Positions 1 through 13,968 of a DNA stretch of 64,000 nucleotides are shown piece after piece (position 1 is the stretch's first letter; each line of letters starts with the position of its first letter). This DNA comes from Paecilomyces variotii (Eukaryota). Made by a program: the position numbers and the translations under genes. The notes below the pieces were generated by a model, which was not told the origin of the DNA, ran no database searches, and was given only the letters and a program-made list of their open reading frames with translations. The DNA is taken from assembly GCA_004022145.1 (NCBI GenBank), contig RCNU01000003.1; one strand, 5' to 3'.

Positions 1-1265
1 AGTCCCTTTTTTAGGGCGAGTGGAGTGAATTCCCACCATAGTTGAAAATTCCATGCTGATTTTCGATCTGACATTATTATTGTCCACAGCCAGGTACACA
101 CCGAACTAAGAGAGACCTCCACAACTCCGCACCAGTATTGGGGGGGGGAGTCAGAACAATCTGGAAAATGTTGGGGACGAACTAAGCAGAGCAGTGTGCT
201 GTGTCGCGGACAGACAGGCTGAGAAGTTAGAACAGACAACTCATCGTCGTCGACACTGAGCATAGGAGGTTCTTCGATCACCTCCACTTCATTATTGTAT
301 GCATTTTCTCCGACTGGGGAAACAAAAAAGAATAAAGTAAAGTAACGGTGAGTGCCGAGTCTCGGCAGAAAACGGAACGGTCCTTTCAACGCAATATATG
401 GTAAACTCTCGGTGCGTCGCAAACCATATGCATGTACGGGATGCAAGCGTATGGACCTATCTAGTAGTTAGAGTCTATGTCAGAAAACACGAGCAATAAA
501 CTCCCAAGGTCAGAAGGGAAAACACAAAACGCACAGAAAAGGCGTCATGTGTTTAAAATCGCAAATTTTTATTGTAGACGTTACCGAGGCATATTAATCA
601 CGAGGACGATCCCCGGGTTTTTTTGCTCTTCTGTCATATGTACTGTACATAGCTTTTGTGATGGTCCTCATGAGCGAACATCGAGTCAGTTGTCCAAGCA
701 TCGATAGACGTGTTTGGCACATTATTACGATAGTTCTAGACATCTGACAATCTGAGGATAACACGAAAAAAGGAATCACAATATCACCCCTCCATGACCA
801 AATAGCAGAAAAAGCTCCGGTCTCCCTCAGCGATTGAATAGGGCTCTGGGGAAACGTTCGCTTTGGTCATGTATATGTGTTATTTTAAGGCCAGGGTTCA
901 AGTATCTTCCAAGTTATAGTAGTTCAGCTTCTACTTCGACGTTTGTGCCCTGTAACCCGGAAAGGGGGACCGAGGAAACTATCCAGAATCCTTATAATTC
1001 CCCTTGGTATCTGAAGGCTAAACCAATAATTCACTTCTAATCTCAAGACTTGTCTACAGAATAGGGGCCGATTAGGGCAAGTTATAGACAGTGTCTCACT
1101 GCGCTGGTGTTATATGTTGTATACCGATCCAGAAATAGACATAGGTATTTATAACAATTCGTTTTCATTCATGCTTCAACACCCAATTCTAGCGGGCAGT
1201 AAATATTCGTTAGTTATAACATTCATCATAAACAAAATGATACATATACTCAAGATGCAGTTCGA

Positions 1266-3139
1266 CTAAAGGGTATACTCGAATTCAGGGTTCTCCATGT
1301 CAGTGAGATCGAGCCATCTGGGTAATAATTGTTAGCTTTCACGTTCCTTTTTTTGTCTACGTGTGGGTTAAAACAAATGGCTGGTACATACTCTTGGTTC
1401 GCCAACCTGACATAAGAAGGATCCGCGCGAGTCTCGGCTTTCTGCGCATTCTGTCGACGGTACCACCACCAGATGAAGTACAAGTCCAGCAGACATACAC
1501 CCCAGCACACGATGATGGTGATTTCAGCTGGGACGTATCGTGGAGCATCTTGCGGACGGAAGACTTGGGGACCAATAATGTTACCGACACAGTATCCGAT
1601 CAAGTAGAATGCTGCTACCGTAGTCTTCTTGGTGTAGCCGGCAACGTTACTCGAGACGAGAGACAGCAGCGCCACGAATGGAGTTGGGCTTGCCTGGGTC
1701 ATGTAATATCCGATCAGACGACCAACATTGTTGGACAGCGGCAGGGCGACAATGAGAATCATTCCAACGATCGAGCACACCAGGCCTCCAGAACCGCAAA
1801 GAAGTCGCTGTCCGAAACGATCTCCAAGATATCCGTTCAAAACCAAAGCGACGACTTCCACCGCTCCACCTGGAACTCCGTATAGCAGACTCTGTTCAGA
1901 CGTATAGCCGAAACTCACAATCTATAAAGTAAGATTAGTAGCGATACAAGAAATACTTAACATTGTCTCTTGACTTACCAGTTGGCTGAAGAAGTTGCTA
2001 ATACCGCCATTGGGAATATCAGCCACGAGGGCGTAGAAGAAAAATGCCCACGTCATGGGGTCGAGAAGAGCCTCCTTCAGCTGATACTTCTTGAAGTGCT
2101 TGTTGCCAATTCCTTGCTGGTTGACGCGCACACGTGCAACGGCGAGAATCCGGTCTTCTTTCTTCAACCAGCGTGCATTCAGCTGGCTGTCAGGGATGAG
2201 ATAGAAGAAGTACACTCCCATGGCGATGGTCAGGAGGCCGGTGACTAGGAAGATGATCTTCCAAGGTTCGATTGCTGATCCATGTTTACGCGCACCAACG
2301 GCGATACCATATGCCACCAAGCCTCCAAATATCTGACCCCAACCGTTGAAACTGAACCAAATACCGACACGGGTTCCTTGCTCTTTCTTAGTATACCACT
2401 GGCGGTATCGTAATCGGTCAGCACATGCGAACAACCGTATAGATTGGGCCGAAGACTAACCTGAGAGGTGAGAAGGGCGAACCCCGGTGTCACTGCAGCT
2501 TCGAATATACCCAGGAAAAATCGGATCGCAATTGCGCCAGAGTAGTTACTAACTGCCGCAAAGCAGCACAGGATAAGCCCCCACAGGATGATGCAGCATG
2601 CAGAATATTTTCCCAGAGGCAATCGCTGGAGAAGCTGACCCGTGGGATATTCCCAAGCCAGATAGCCTGTATTCTATGAGTACCAAGGTTATAGATTCGT
2701 CATTGGATGTTGTTACCAAAGTAGAACATGCTACCAAGCCATTGATAGTCATCTCCCGTCAGGCCAATATCCGTCTTGATTCCCATAATGCTTGCATATG
2801 ACAAAGTCGTCTCTATATTCATGAGGGATTAGAAAAATGTACTTAGGACACCAGAGTCCTAGGCGAAAGGTGATCCATACTGTCAAGATAGTTCAGGCCA
2901 TAGATAACGCACATCAATGGCATCATATGCCGGTCAATGATCCTCAAGAGTCTCTTGTTGGTCGCTTCATCGACCTCGATCAATTCTCCCTCGAGCCCAG
3001 AAAAGGCCTTCAAGGCCTCATCGGCGTCGTGTGAATGCTGCAGGACCTTCTCGTCTGGATGCTTTTCCACCGGACTGCTCTCGACATCGGTCGCCGCCAC
3101 CGCTGCCGGGGTGGGGTTCTTCTCGTCGACCGTTTCCAT
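1266..3139 (-). CDS. MFS allantoate/dipeptide permease (Dal5-like, anion:cation symporter family); about 5 introns
   Basis: Exons give METVDEK..LLRIIDRHMMPLMCVIYGLNYLD, RFFLGIFEAAVTPGF, QWYTKKEQGTRVGIWFSFNG and SSNVAGYTKKTT..GNIIGPQ. The last exon ends in DLTDMENPEFEYTL*, with the stop at 1266-1268. Confidence 0.88.
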
Positions 3140-3334
3140 AACTGCGTACCTCTATAGTAGGAAATGCGTCTGTCAGGATGTCCTTTCCCGGGGTCCGTCA
3201 CCAGGATTGTAGCCGTCTTTCCAGGCTGGAGAGTACTCTCAATGGAAAGGTGCTGGAAGACGCAATGTGCCCGGGAGGTCTGGACAGTGGGAGCAATAAT
3301 TCCAAGATCGCAGATTACTTTTAAGCCAGGACTG

Positions 3335-4103
3335 TTATCTTTTGCCTGATCTGTGCCACCCTAACTTCGGCCCACGTCGACAGCTGAGTTTCCCGATTAG
3401 TGTAGGTAGCTCGCGTTGACGAATCCGATGCGTCAGATACAGAGATAACGATCCCCGAGCTCCTTATCACGATATCTTGCCAAACGCCTTCTGGACAACT
3501 GCAAAAGGTTGAAGTATTATGCCATCTATGCCATCTATCCTCCTATATTTATATATCAGCCAGATACCATCCTGCGCCATGAGTATAGCCAGTGGAATCG
3601 GTACCCGGGTATGGGAGGAGAAGGAGGAGGAAGAGGGGTTGATATCCATGTGGAGGACTAATCGGGAAGGTCGATGCCACTAAACGAAACCCACAGCTTT
3701 GCCACGCTTCCCCGGATCGTGAGAGCCGCCAGTTTTGGTGATTGGCGTCCTCGCCGGAGGAACATTCTCTGCACGATAATCCTCGGCTATGGAGTGTTTT
3801 CCCTATCAAGCACAGTCGGCACCATCCGCCGCCTCCAGGATACAACGCTACGTGACACTTGTGGGGTTGTTGCGGAGCTGGAACCATAAGCTTATTCGAA
3901 GGTGGGATGAATGGTGAGAATCTTAAACACGCCTAGGGCGCCATTCTACCGGCCGCCAAGGGTAGCTTTATCAGGCGAGATACGTACCGCCCGCGATAAC
4001 TGGCAAACAAAAATAACTAAATGATTCGAGTCAATAATAAGGGTCTGACGCACTGAACTTTCTGCGACAAAGCACTGTGCACTAGGATTTATCTCGGTGA
4101 TAA
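3335..4103. promoter_or_regulatory. Cluster of HGATAR (AreA-type GATA) sites upstream of the allantoate permease
   Basis: Sites on either strand at about 3335, 3443, 3464, 3774, 3803, 3968, 3994, 4089 and 4098. This fits nitrogen catabolite control of a Dal5-like gene (inference). Confidence 0.4.
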
Positions 4104-5513
4104 TTGACCTTTGACTTCTTTACCCCAACTTGCAGCAGTCTCTCCTCTCCGTTATGACTCTATATCGCTATCGTCCGGATACGCAATCGTTGGAGATAAG
4201 ACCGTCTCCCCAGGTTCCTGTCAGCGTACAAAGACGTGAGCAGGTGATCAATCGTATCATCCTTTTGCAGCATGTTCTTAACGGGGATTTGAATTCTTTG
4301 CATAGTTAGGAGATAAGCATGGGGACGGCCTCCTCCTAGACCTGGAATCAAGCACGCAACTAGCAGTGAGCTGCTAGACGCTCAAGACATAACCTTGCTT
4401 CCGTGATATTTAGGATTCAACAATATGACGATCGAGTCTGAAGTCAGACAGAAGGTAACAGTGACAGGGGGGATGACAATCCAAAATATGGAGCCTGAAT
4501 CGACGTAATCGACCTTGTAAGTTTGCGGCTGGAGTCATACAGGCTGAAAATTATTATTTTTTTCTTTCGAGACTACAGAATACATAGCCGCTGAAGGCTT
4601 ATTACCAGGGCGAACGCATTCATTGACCGGTCAATGTTCAGCCCTTCGAGCAGGTGAACTATGTCAGGATCAAACATATCTAGTATCTGGCAACGGCTTT
4701 CTTTGGATTCAGCCTTAATGGCAGTCAATAAATCCGTATGCGATTTCAGTTACAGCAAGACCACGTACCAGCTGCAGTTCTCCATCGACGTTTGTGCGAC
4801 CCACGAGAGAATGAGGAACAATGTGGACTTAGTAGAAGGCTAAAGCTTTCTGTCCCTCCAGGAATTAATCGATTGCAATCATTGTCTGTCAGATTAAATC
4901 CATACATTTTTTTTTTTTTTTTTTTTCATAACTTCTTCGCCTTCCGTTGCATAAAACACCCTTGTTACGACACATGGATGGCGGTCTCTTTTGAGACAAA
5001 TGTGCCCGCAGATTTGACAGTCTCTCAATGGGCTGTTCGAAAGTAGAGGCCTAGGGTGAGACGCTGGTGAAGGTTGTTGGGTCTCTAATTTCACTAGATT
5101 GAATTTAGTCTTCGGCATTTATCTCTATAATATAGACTGACAGTACGGGCTCAATTTAACCCGACACTCTCCACGAGTCCACCTTCAACTTAGCCAACAA
5201 GACTATATTCGCATCACCCTTCCCCAACTTTCCCGGTATCTCGGAGAACTCAAGGACAGCAAATCCCTGCCCGTCACTTTGCATACGTGAGCTCAGCTTC
5301 CCTTGAATGTTACAGGAGAGGTCGGAGGAAGTGATGTCTTTTTCTTTTCGCTATTCGGCATATTGGAATTTGAAGTAGGTAGAAGGTTTATTTCGTATTT
5401 GGGAAATACCTTGTTGAAATCATCACGTGGCATGCATACTGTATCTGGGTCACAAAAGGGTTATATAGCCACGACTCTGCTACAAATATAAAAAGACAGA
5501 TCATAGAATATTC

Positions 5514-6439
5514 TCACTGCTTGCCAACCCTAGCCTCATATGCCTCCCAACCCTCCTGCTGGTAGCGCTGAACAGCCTCAACAGGATCCGGCGCAGCGTA
5601 GATCCCACGACCAGCAATAATAAAGTCCGCACCGCGGCCGATCGCTGACTGAGGTGTCTGGTACTGCTGTCCAAGTTTATCACCCTTCGACGACAGATTG
5701 ACACCGGTGGTGAAAACCACAAAGTCCTCATCATCCGAAGCCGTGGTCACGTCCGATTTGATCTCCGACAATGCCCTCGTCGAAACAAAGCCCATGACGA
5801 AGTCCTTGTACTTCCTGGCATAGTCGACTGAGACCTTCGTGTACTCTCCCGTGGCAAGGGATCCCTTGGAGGTCATCTCTGCTAGAATAAGCAGTCCCCT
5901 CTCCTTTCCGTATGGGAAATCTGGCGACGAAGCAGTTTGGGCGAGAGCCTCGACGATACCCTCACCGGGGAGGATGGCGCAATTGATAATGTGGGACCAC
6001 TCAGATATCCGGAGAGCTCCACCATGGTACTGCTTCTGGACGGTGTTACCGATATCGATGAACTTGCGGTCCTCAAAGATGAGGAAGTTGTGCTTCTTCG
6101 CGAGCGCCGTCAGGCCGGAGATGGTCTCTTCGCTGAAGTCGGACAGGATGTCAATGTGGGTTTTGATCACGGCGATATAGGGGCCGAGACCTGTATAGGA
6201 CAGATATATTGTCAGCTTTATAAAAAAAAAGACATTGGAATGCGCGCATGTGTGTAATTGAGAGCGATAAGTGTTAACTTACGGTCAGCTAGATCCAGCA
6301 GTTCCTTCGTAGTCGTGACATCGGCAGATACAGTGACATTAGTCTTCTTTGCCTCCGCTATTTCGAACAGCTTCTTCGCGAGCACGTTAGGATGCTTTTG
6401 CGCTCGTTCAGAGTACCTCAATTGCGATCTGGAAGACAT
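5514..6439 (-). CDS. pyrG: Orotidine-5'-phosphate decarboxylase; one intron at 6191-6282
   Basis: [23 protein letters not shown]; catalytic motif [32 protein letters not shown]. The intron is GTAAGT..CTGAC..CAG. Confidence 0.97.
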
Positions 6440-7019
6440 GGTCGTTCAATGCAGATAGAGGGGTAAATTTGGAGGGGCAGGATGGAAAATATTCTGTCCT
6501 ATCCTTTCTCCGAAGCTCTGCTTTGGGTTTAAAGGAGGATGAATGGTCAATTGAATGCAAGAGGAAACTCTCGTCTTGGCCGTTCTATCTGTATTGACAG
6601 GAGTTCCTTTCAGAATTAATATTGTAGTTGTAATGCATCAAAAATTCGCTGAATTCACGAATGCGGCCCGCGATGACGGTGCCCCACTTCGATTGGCTGG
6701 CCGCCGATACATGCAAGTAAGTATGGTACTTATCTATCTAGCTCCCCTGGCAGAATCCCTGAAGGTCTGGAAGCTGCTGATCTAAGATCTTGTGTTTATA
6801 GCGGATCCTGGTCTATTTATTGTTTATGCTGTAGTTGGAAGAAAGTCTACAGTGTATTTTCATATGGCGACAACAGACCTCGTGGCTTAGCCATATATAA
6901 AGCACTATTTTCTGCAATGTAAAGGTCAGGTTTTCAGGAATATTCCATATCTTCATTTCTGCAGGCATCTACGTGGCCTTTTTTTTAATCCTATCAGTTC
7001 ATACATATCTATACACAGT

Positions 7020-7637
7020 TTAGAAGGTCACGAGGTCCTTCGCGACCCCAAGAGTCAATGCCCAAAGGGCTCCCTGGACAAGCCAGAACATGCCACCCAT
7101 CATTCGGCCCTTTCCCTGGGGCTTTCCAGAGTATACGTATCCATACAGGAAGAGCGAACGGAAGAAAACCCAAGCTGCGCCAGCGACTGCAGCGGCGTTC
7201 GGGTATTTCAGACCGGCGACCAGGGTGAAAAGCATCGTCTGGGGAGCATTCTCAAGGAAATTGGTATGCGCACGCTGAGCGCAGTTGAACTGCTCAGCCT
7301 TGGGCTATATGAGAGAGAAAGATTCGATTAGCATCGTATCGCCAGACTGGCTTGAGAGGGATTCGTGGGAACCCACGTTGGCCTTGCATTCCTCGACACT
7401 GGCGTAGCTGTGAGGATAGGGAACCTTGGCTGCCTTTCGAGTACGGCCGGTAACAAAACCGTGGATAAAACCAAGGACAGGAATCGCACCCAGTGCGACG
7501 GCGATGGCAGCGCTGATACATGTCAATCAGCAGTTCCTTGCGCGGAATATTGCCCACCTGGACTCCAGATACGAGGCGCGAACAGTCATGGAGAAGGGCA
7601 CTCACCCGTAATTCTCAGGGAGTGTGATAGTGATCAT
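7020..7637 (-). CDS. MAPEG family protein (microsomal glutathione S-transferase 3-like); 2 introns
   Basis: MITITLPENYG | AAIAVALGAIP..RKAAKVPYPHSYAS | KAEQFNCAQRAHTNFLEN..GYVYSGKPQGKGR. Confidence 0.9.
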
Positions 7638-8413
7638 CTTTGCTCAGTTCAAAGTTAGCCCGGACAGAAACCGTAATGACAAAGGTGCAGATGGTGAATA
7701 TTCAGTTTGCGACAGCTGCCTGGATGAATGAATCAGATGAGTTCAATTGCTAGGGGAGATCCAGGAATATTATTAAAGGGGACTATCTCCAACCTTTAAA
7801 CGTGGAATTTGTCCAGTGGACGTAATAACTGGTTGCCTGGTCGGGACTCGGGGCAATTATTGTAGAAGCCCAGCCGTGAGGCTATCCACTCGGGACCCCA
7901 GACTGCCCGAATCCGAGTGGCCCGGGCGCCAAAACATGTTCCCCTGTAGAACCCTATCGTTGCCTGTGGAATTGATCGTTTTGGAGCTGATCTTGGGTTC
8001 TTCTGTTTGGGTATCGTTGTAACTCTTGGGATCTAGATTCTTTGTATGACTAGGAGATAAATACGGGTTCACGAATTTATTAAATTTTGGATATAATACT
8101 ATGGCAATCTAGCGACTAGCTAGGAGGATCAAACCATAACTAGCTACTATTGCTTCCGTGCTTTGGATTCGGGATCCCTTTCTTGGTTATTGATATTGAA
8201 GACGTGTAGATCTGTTAAAGCAGAACTTTTGAAGTCTCTTCATTACAATTCGTTCAAGATCTGTCAAGGAAGCTGCTTGCTGAAGAGCGTAGAATAAACA
8301 AATGGCAGAGTTTGATATAGGCGATATTCGATATAGGTCGATAATGTATTTATAAATTCGTCCGAAGTAGGCTTCAAATCAAACTAACCCATGCAAACCT
8401 CTGCAACTGCACT

Positions 8414-10083
8414 CTAGACTGTAGGCGTCTTGCTCACGCTTCCGTATTTGGCTTGCCACGCAAAAAAGTACAACAGCGCACCCAGCGGCTGGCCAACGAG
8501 GCAGAAGCTCACCCAGAAAATTGAATTGCCCACAATTTTACTTAGAGAGTCGTCCATTTTCTCCAACGGCAGAGTAACTGCGATGAGTGGCACTTGAAAC
8601 ATCATGCCAGCAAATGCAACGCCTACGCAAGGATCAGCAATATGACTTTAAGGACCAAAGTACGGAAGCATACCGATTAGATTATGAGTTGGAACCCCCA
8701 CCAGTATCTCATGGAGTATGGCCGAGAACGTAAATGTCACCATGCCTGCCATAAAAGGGCTCCAACCTCTTCCCACCAGCGGGGAGTATATGTGTCTCTT
8801 CATAAAGAGATAGACGGGTTTGTTCCATGACCTCCAATAGATACCAACGCTTGGGCTGTTCCACCAGTCTGAGTAGAAGTCGCGATCTCCGAAGCGCATC
8901 ACTTCAGCTAATGCGTTGAGCAATGATTGGAAGAGCGCAAAGAAACCAGCAAGCCATATGACCAACGAGATTGTGGAAAGTTTCATGACCCGTTCCAAGA
9001 TCGAGGCGACGTCAAGGACCGCGATTTTGTCGAGCGAATTCCGGAGAACAGGAGCAGCGTACTGCGCTGAAAGAAGCCAGATGAATACAGACAACCCGAG
9101 AAACTCCGCTACGCGTTTTGCCACAAAAGACCAACGGATGTGCGATGTCCTGGGATAAACTGGCTGGTAGACCAGGGTAGGAGCTAACCAAAAATATGTC
9201 AAGTTTCCGACGGTGATGTTCTGAGGATATGGACACGATGAATAGATCTCCGGGAGCATAGACTTAGCAGACGGATTTAGCAGTGCATGTCGCAGGTCCC
9301 GATTGGTGAAGGCATAAGAGCAATTCTTGAGCCAGACAATGATCGCATGGAACTCGCACAGAGTCCCTATACCTGGATGATGGATATAAAAGTATACGAC
9401 AAAGTTAGTAACAACGAGACATAGCGTGGCATTGATAGTATGAGCAAATGCCGCCAAGCGCCAGGTCGACTGGAAGGCTCTCTGCTCTCTCTCGTTTTCT
9501 TCAGCAGAACTATCTTTCTTCATGCGTCCCACGGCACCCTTGACCTGTTGGGCGGCAGCCAATTCAATTATATAGGCAACGAACAGATGACATGGAACAA
9601 GGGCAAAGAGAATAGCACCAAGTATAAGGTCCTGTTTCCGGTAGTCGTGACATCGGATGCAGATGAGAACACCGTACTAAGTGCAAGTGAGTATCAACAC
9701 CACCTGCAGGAACATAGAAACAATAACTACCTTCATGAAATTTTCAATGACCAGGCGCAAGTTCATTACAACTGTCCCTCAGTCAGCACGTGCCTCCATC
9801 CCATGAGACGGATCTCAACCGTACCTAAAACAATAACCATGAGATTCCGGAACCCGACAAAACTCGGCGTAACCTCTGACTCTCGGCTGAGACAGGAATG
9901 CTGTATCTTGCTGTGATAAGCCGCAATATGGCGATACTTTGACCTGGCCTTTTGCGCTCGAGGAACGGGAGATTTTCCGGGCGCAGCACCTGATCCATTC
10001 TGTGTCTCTTGGTGGATGGACTTCGGATCTGATAGCTGCACGTCATGGCCGGAGGTGACAGCACTATCTACCACGGCCGCCAT
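8414..10083 (-). CDS. MBOAT acyltransferase, diacylglycerol O-acyltransferase 1 (DGAT1)/sterol acyltransferase-like; 3 introns
   Basis: SFVGFRNLM, APTLVYQPVYPR, FGDRDFYSDWWNS, WNKPVYLFMKRHIY, SAILHE (catalytic His) and GNSIFW..GQP. Confidence 0.9.
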
Positions 10084-10689
10084 TCTGGAAGATAATGAAC
10101 AAAGCTATCCAGATGATGTTAAGCGTCCAGATAGTCTCCCGGTCTGTTAAGAACAGAATAAGATTAGACGTAGATAGCGTTATTACAGTTGTCAACAGAT
10201 GGTAAACGTGCCAAATCACAATAATAACGATACTCAATTGGGAGAATTAAGACGACAACTAGCAGGCCAGAGCAGGCACTCCGCCGCCAGTTCAGTTAAT
10301 CAATGGCCACAGAGAGACATCGATGAAGACCTGGTAGAGAAGAGCAAGGGCAGGCGGGGTTGTTGTACCGCAATGGCGAAACAAGGCAAGGTTGAGAGAG
10401 CTGTGACCTCCGGACTTCCTGGTACCGCCGACAGCTGTTGGACCAATGACGGCCGACGCCAGCAACATCAACTCCGCGGTTTCTGCTCAGCACGCCGACT
10501 ATCTAACCGCTGCACGCGGACGAACCTACAAGGCCCGATCGCGCGGGTTACAGAGTTTCTGCCGATTTTCAGTCGCAGATCAGGAGTACGTGCTAATGTG
10601 GTGATATTTTCTTGATATGTTTGCTGTCCTTCAAGCTCTTACTCCGATCGAACATTCGCGTTTGGGCAATTTCTTGTGACGGTGTTGCG

Positions 10690-12790
10690 ATGGCCCTCTA
10701 CGACGAGTCCGCCAGCGACTCGCAATACGCCACGAGACCTGCAAGGCCATATGAAGGCGGGATTGTAGGGCCACGGAGGCCAAGTATGTCGCGATTCCAA
10801 TATATCATGTACCTGGCTATGCTGACGGTGTGATTAGGACCGGTCACCGATTATGGCTCATCAATGCTACAATGGATGCGCACGAGGCGCCCGCGATACA
10901 AGGGAGCTCATAGGATGGAGGCCGAAAGGCCCAGCGCAAGCTACGTAGTGGATGTGAGATGTTCACCTCTTGGACGTATGGATTCAGCGACTGATCTGTC
11001 CCTAGATGGTACCCCCCTTGGCTCGAATCCACTCGCCTGCGGACACGATCCCCGTTCGACATCTACATCAATCAATTGGAAAGTCAAAAAAGCCCATTAC
11101 TGTTGTGAGATGGACACCGGAGGGTAGGCGGTTATTGACAGGTGGACATACTGGAGAATTCATGTTATGGAACGGCACCGCGTTCAATTTCGAAACCGTC
11201 ATGGATGTAAGGATAATTGTTCGTGATCTTGGAAATTCTTTTTGGCTGACACCAATCTAGGCACACTATGACCAGTACCAAGCAGGTGTTACTTCAGCGG
11301 CATGGTCTCATAGTCATGACTGGCTTATTTCCGGAGGGCAGAAGGGTGATGTGAAATATTGGCGTCCCAATTTCAACAACGTTGAGACCGTGGATGACGC
11401 CCACCATGACGCCGTTCGTGACCTGTCATGGAGTCCCAGCGATACCAAGTTCCTCTCGGCTTCCGACGACACGACTTTGAAGATCTTCGACTTTACGGCA
11501 CGCATGTGTGATACTGTGCTCACCGGTCACAATTGGGACGTCAAATCTTGCGATTGGCACCCGACAAAAGGTCTACTCGTCTCAGGATCCAAAGATCACC
11601 AGGTTAAATTCTGGGATCCTCGCACTGGACGATGTTTAACAACACTACACAGTCACAAAAACACCGTGACTACAACGAGGTTTTCGAGAGTGAACAACAA
11701 CCTCCTAGCTACGTCGTCGAGAGATCAGACCGCGAGGATATTCGATCTCAGGATGATGCGAGACATCTGTATCCTCAGAGGCCATGAAAAGCCCATTTCA
11801 TCGTTGACATGGCACCCCGTCCACAGCTCTTTGGTATCGACGGGGAGCGAAGATGGCTCGCTATACCACTATCTTCTGGACGAACCAAATGTACCAGCCG
11901 GACACGTCCCTACGCTTGCACCATGGGACAGCCCCGATCCGCAGAATTGTCCAGCACAGGTTATCTATCCAGCTCATCGTATCCAATACGCGCACGGTTC
12001 TACGATCTGGTCATTAGATTGGCACCCTCTGGGTCATATCTTGGCCTCCGGTTCAAAAGATAATTTCACTCGATTCTGGTCTCGAGCTAGACCAGGAGAG
12101 ACAACATACATGAAGGATAGATTCCACATCGGGGAGGAGGCGGCTGAGGCACAAGGCACCTGGAGCAGAGGGGTTGGAAGACGGCAAATGCGTGAAGAAG
12201 AAGAGCAGGAGTTGCAGGACGAAGCGGAAGGTCTTGTCGACCAGAAGCCTGCAGCACCATCTCTGCTACCTGGTATACAAGGTGCCCCTCCCGGCCTTTC
12301 TTTCACAGACGGCTCTGGCGTACCGGGCTTAATCCCAGGCATTGGCGGAGCGCAGCCACCACCCCCGCCATCGCAGGGCCTGCCTATGTCCATGCCTCAA
12401 ATGGACCCATCTCATCTGGCGTCGATGCTGGCCAACGGCGTTCCACCACAGAACAAAGGTCAGAACCCGCAGAATTTCGGTATTCCCGGCTTTTCGATGC
12501 CACCACAATTTCCCCCCATGCCAGCGAACCTCAACCTTGCCGAATTGCAGAAACAACTTCTCTCTCAAGGTATTCAATTACCTCAGCATTTCCCGCCTCC
12601 AAACCTTCCCCCCAACAACGGTGCCGCGGGACCTCCCATGGCAGGAGGCATTCCTGGTTTGCAAAGTGGCTTTGCCGACAACGGATCTAACGAAGATGCT
12701 TTCGGTATTCGCAAGAGGGGTCCACTCCCTAGCCAGTATGATAGTCTGAAGGAGGAACAAAGGAGAGGAAACTGGCGTACTGCGAGATAA
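10690..12790 (+). CDS. pfs2: Polyadenylation factor subunit 2 (WD40, WDR33 homolog); 3 introns
   Basis: [20 protein letters not shown] and [11 protein letters not shown], followed by WD repeats ([38 protein letters not shown]) and a Pro/Gly-rich tail. Confidence 0.93.
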
Positions 12791-13131
12791 TCTTTCTGGG
12801 CTTGTAATAAATGGGGGTTGTTGGGCGCACTGTGTCGAAGGTATTATGTCCAAAATGCGGCGTTGGGTTCTCGTTTATCTATGCCCCCGGAAGGGGGCTT
12901 TAGATCGTCTCGGTATGACGGCTTTGTTATCTGTGTCATATTGCGCCATACAGTTTGACAGCAGCTATGGTAGAATCCGCCCTCATCGAGCGGCTTCCGA
13001 CTGTCGTGTGTTTCCAGGGAGTAATCGTATGTCGTAGCAACGATCCCTTGGGGCTCTTCAGGCCCGGAAGAGTAATCGAAGTACGTAGCTCCTGTGGGCT
13101 TTATACGCACTCCCTGTCTAGTTATACCATC

Positions 13132-13605
13132 TTATAGACCGCCCTGTGTGGGAAAGCTTGATAATATCAATACGAGAACGTTGATTCCACCCCAAACCAA
13201 GGGGATCCAAGTCGACATCGAAAAGTTCCCTGCTTCATAAACAGCCCCAAGGCTGCTCGACACACATTAACATCCATGATATACATCGTAGCATCACCCG
13301 GGGGAAACTCACAGTAGGCCAACTATACTGCCAGCCAAAAGTGCTTCCAGGCCGCCAATCACCCCATAGACCAGGGGCGTTATCCAGATAACACGCCAGT
13401 TACGCCATTGCATAAGGATCGCACAGCCAGCGACCAACAGATGTGCACCACCGCTCAGTAGGAGCGTCCAGAAAAGCGTGAAGCGCCATATATCGGAGGT
13501 GTAGTAAAGGTAGTTGGCGTCTCCGGATCTGGCAGCAAACACGGGGTCATACAGCGATGGGAAGGATGGCACAACGTAATCGAGCGGAACCCGATTGCTG
13601 GTCAT
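13132..13605 (-). CDS. Small integral membrane protein, TMEM170-like; 1 intron
   Basis: PSFPSLY..YLYYTSDIWRFTLFWTL..AGSIVGL | LGAVYEAGNFSMSTWIPLVWGGINVLVLILSSF. Confidence 0.75.
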
Positions 13606-13968
13606 TTGTACTCTGTGGCGAGATTTTTCAAACGGGTAAGCGATCAGGATGTGGAATATTACGCACCATCGTGTCCTTGGGGAAGGGATGTCTTTGAAAC
13701 AAACCGGCGCGTAAGTATTTGGACACGGACACGATAGCTGTCTGAGTACTTCTCCGCACGAGCTACGGAGGCTGCTCAACTTTCAAGTGACGCGGCGGAA
13801 AGCGGCGGCGCGGTTTGCACCGTTTGGTTCTTAGCTTCCGCCATCTAACGATACCTCGGCTGCGACTCATCTGGGGTCGTCGGCGGATTTAGCATCCCGA
13901 TATCTGGGGCGGGATAGCAAGGCATCTGTCTGTTTTATTGATGCTCTTATCGGCCTTTGTTTGCAAGC

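Noticed and set aside
4100-5400. Possible gene remnant between the permease and pyrG
   Set aside because: Only short ORFs, with no consistent exon model or recognisable motif.
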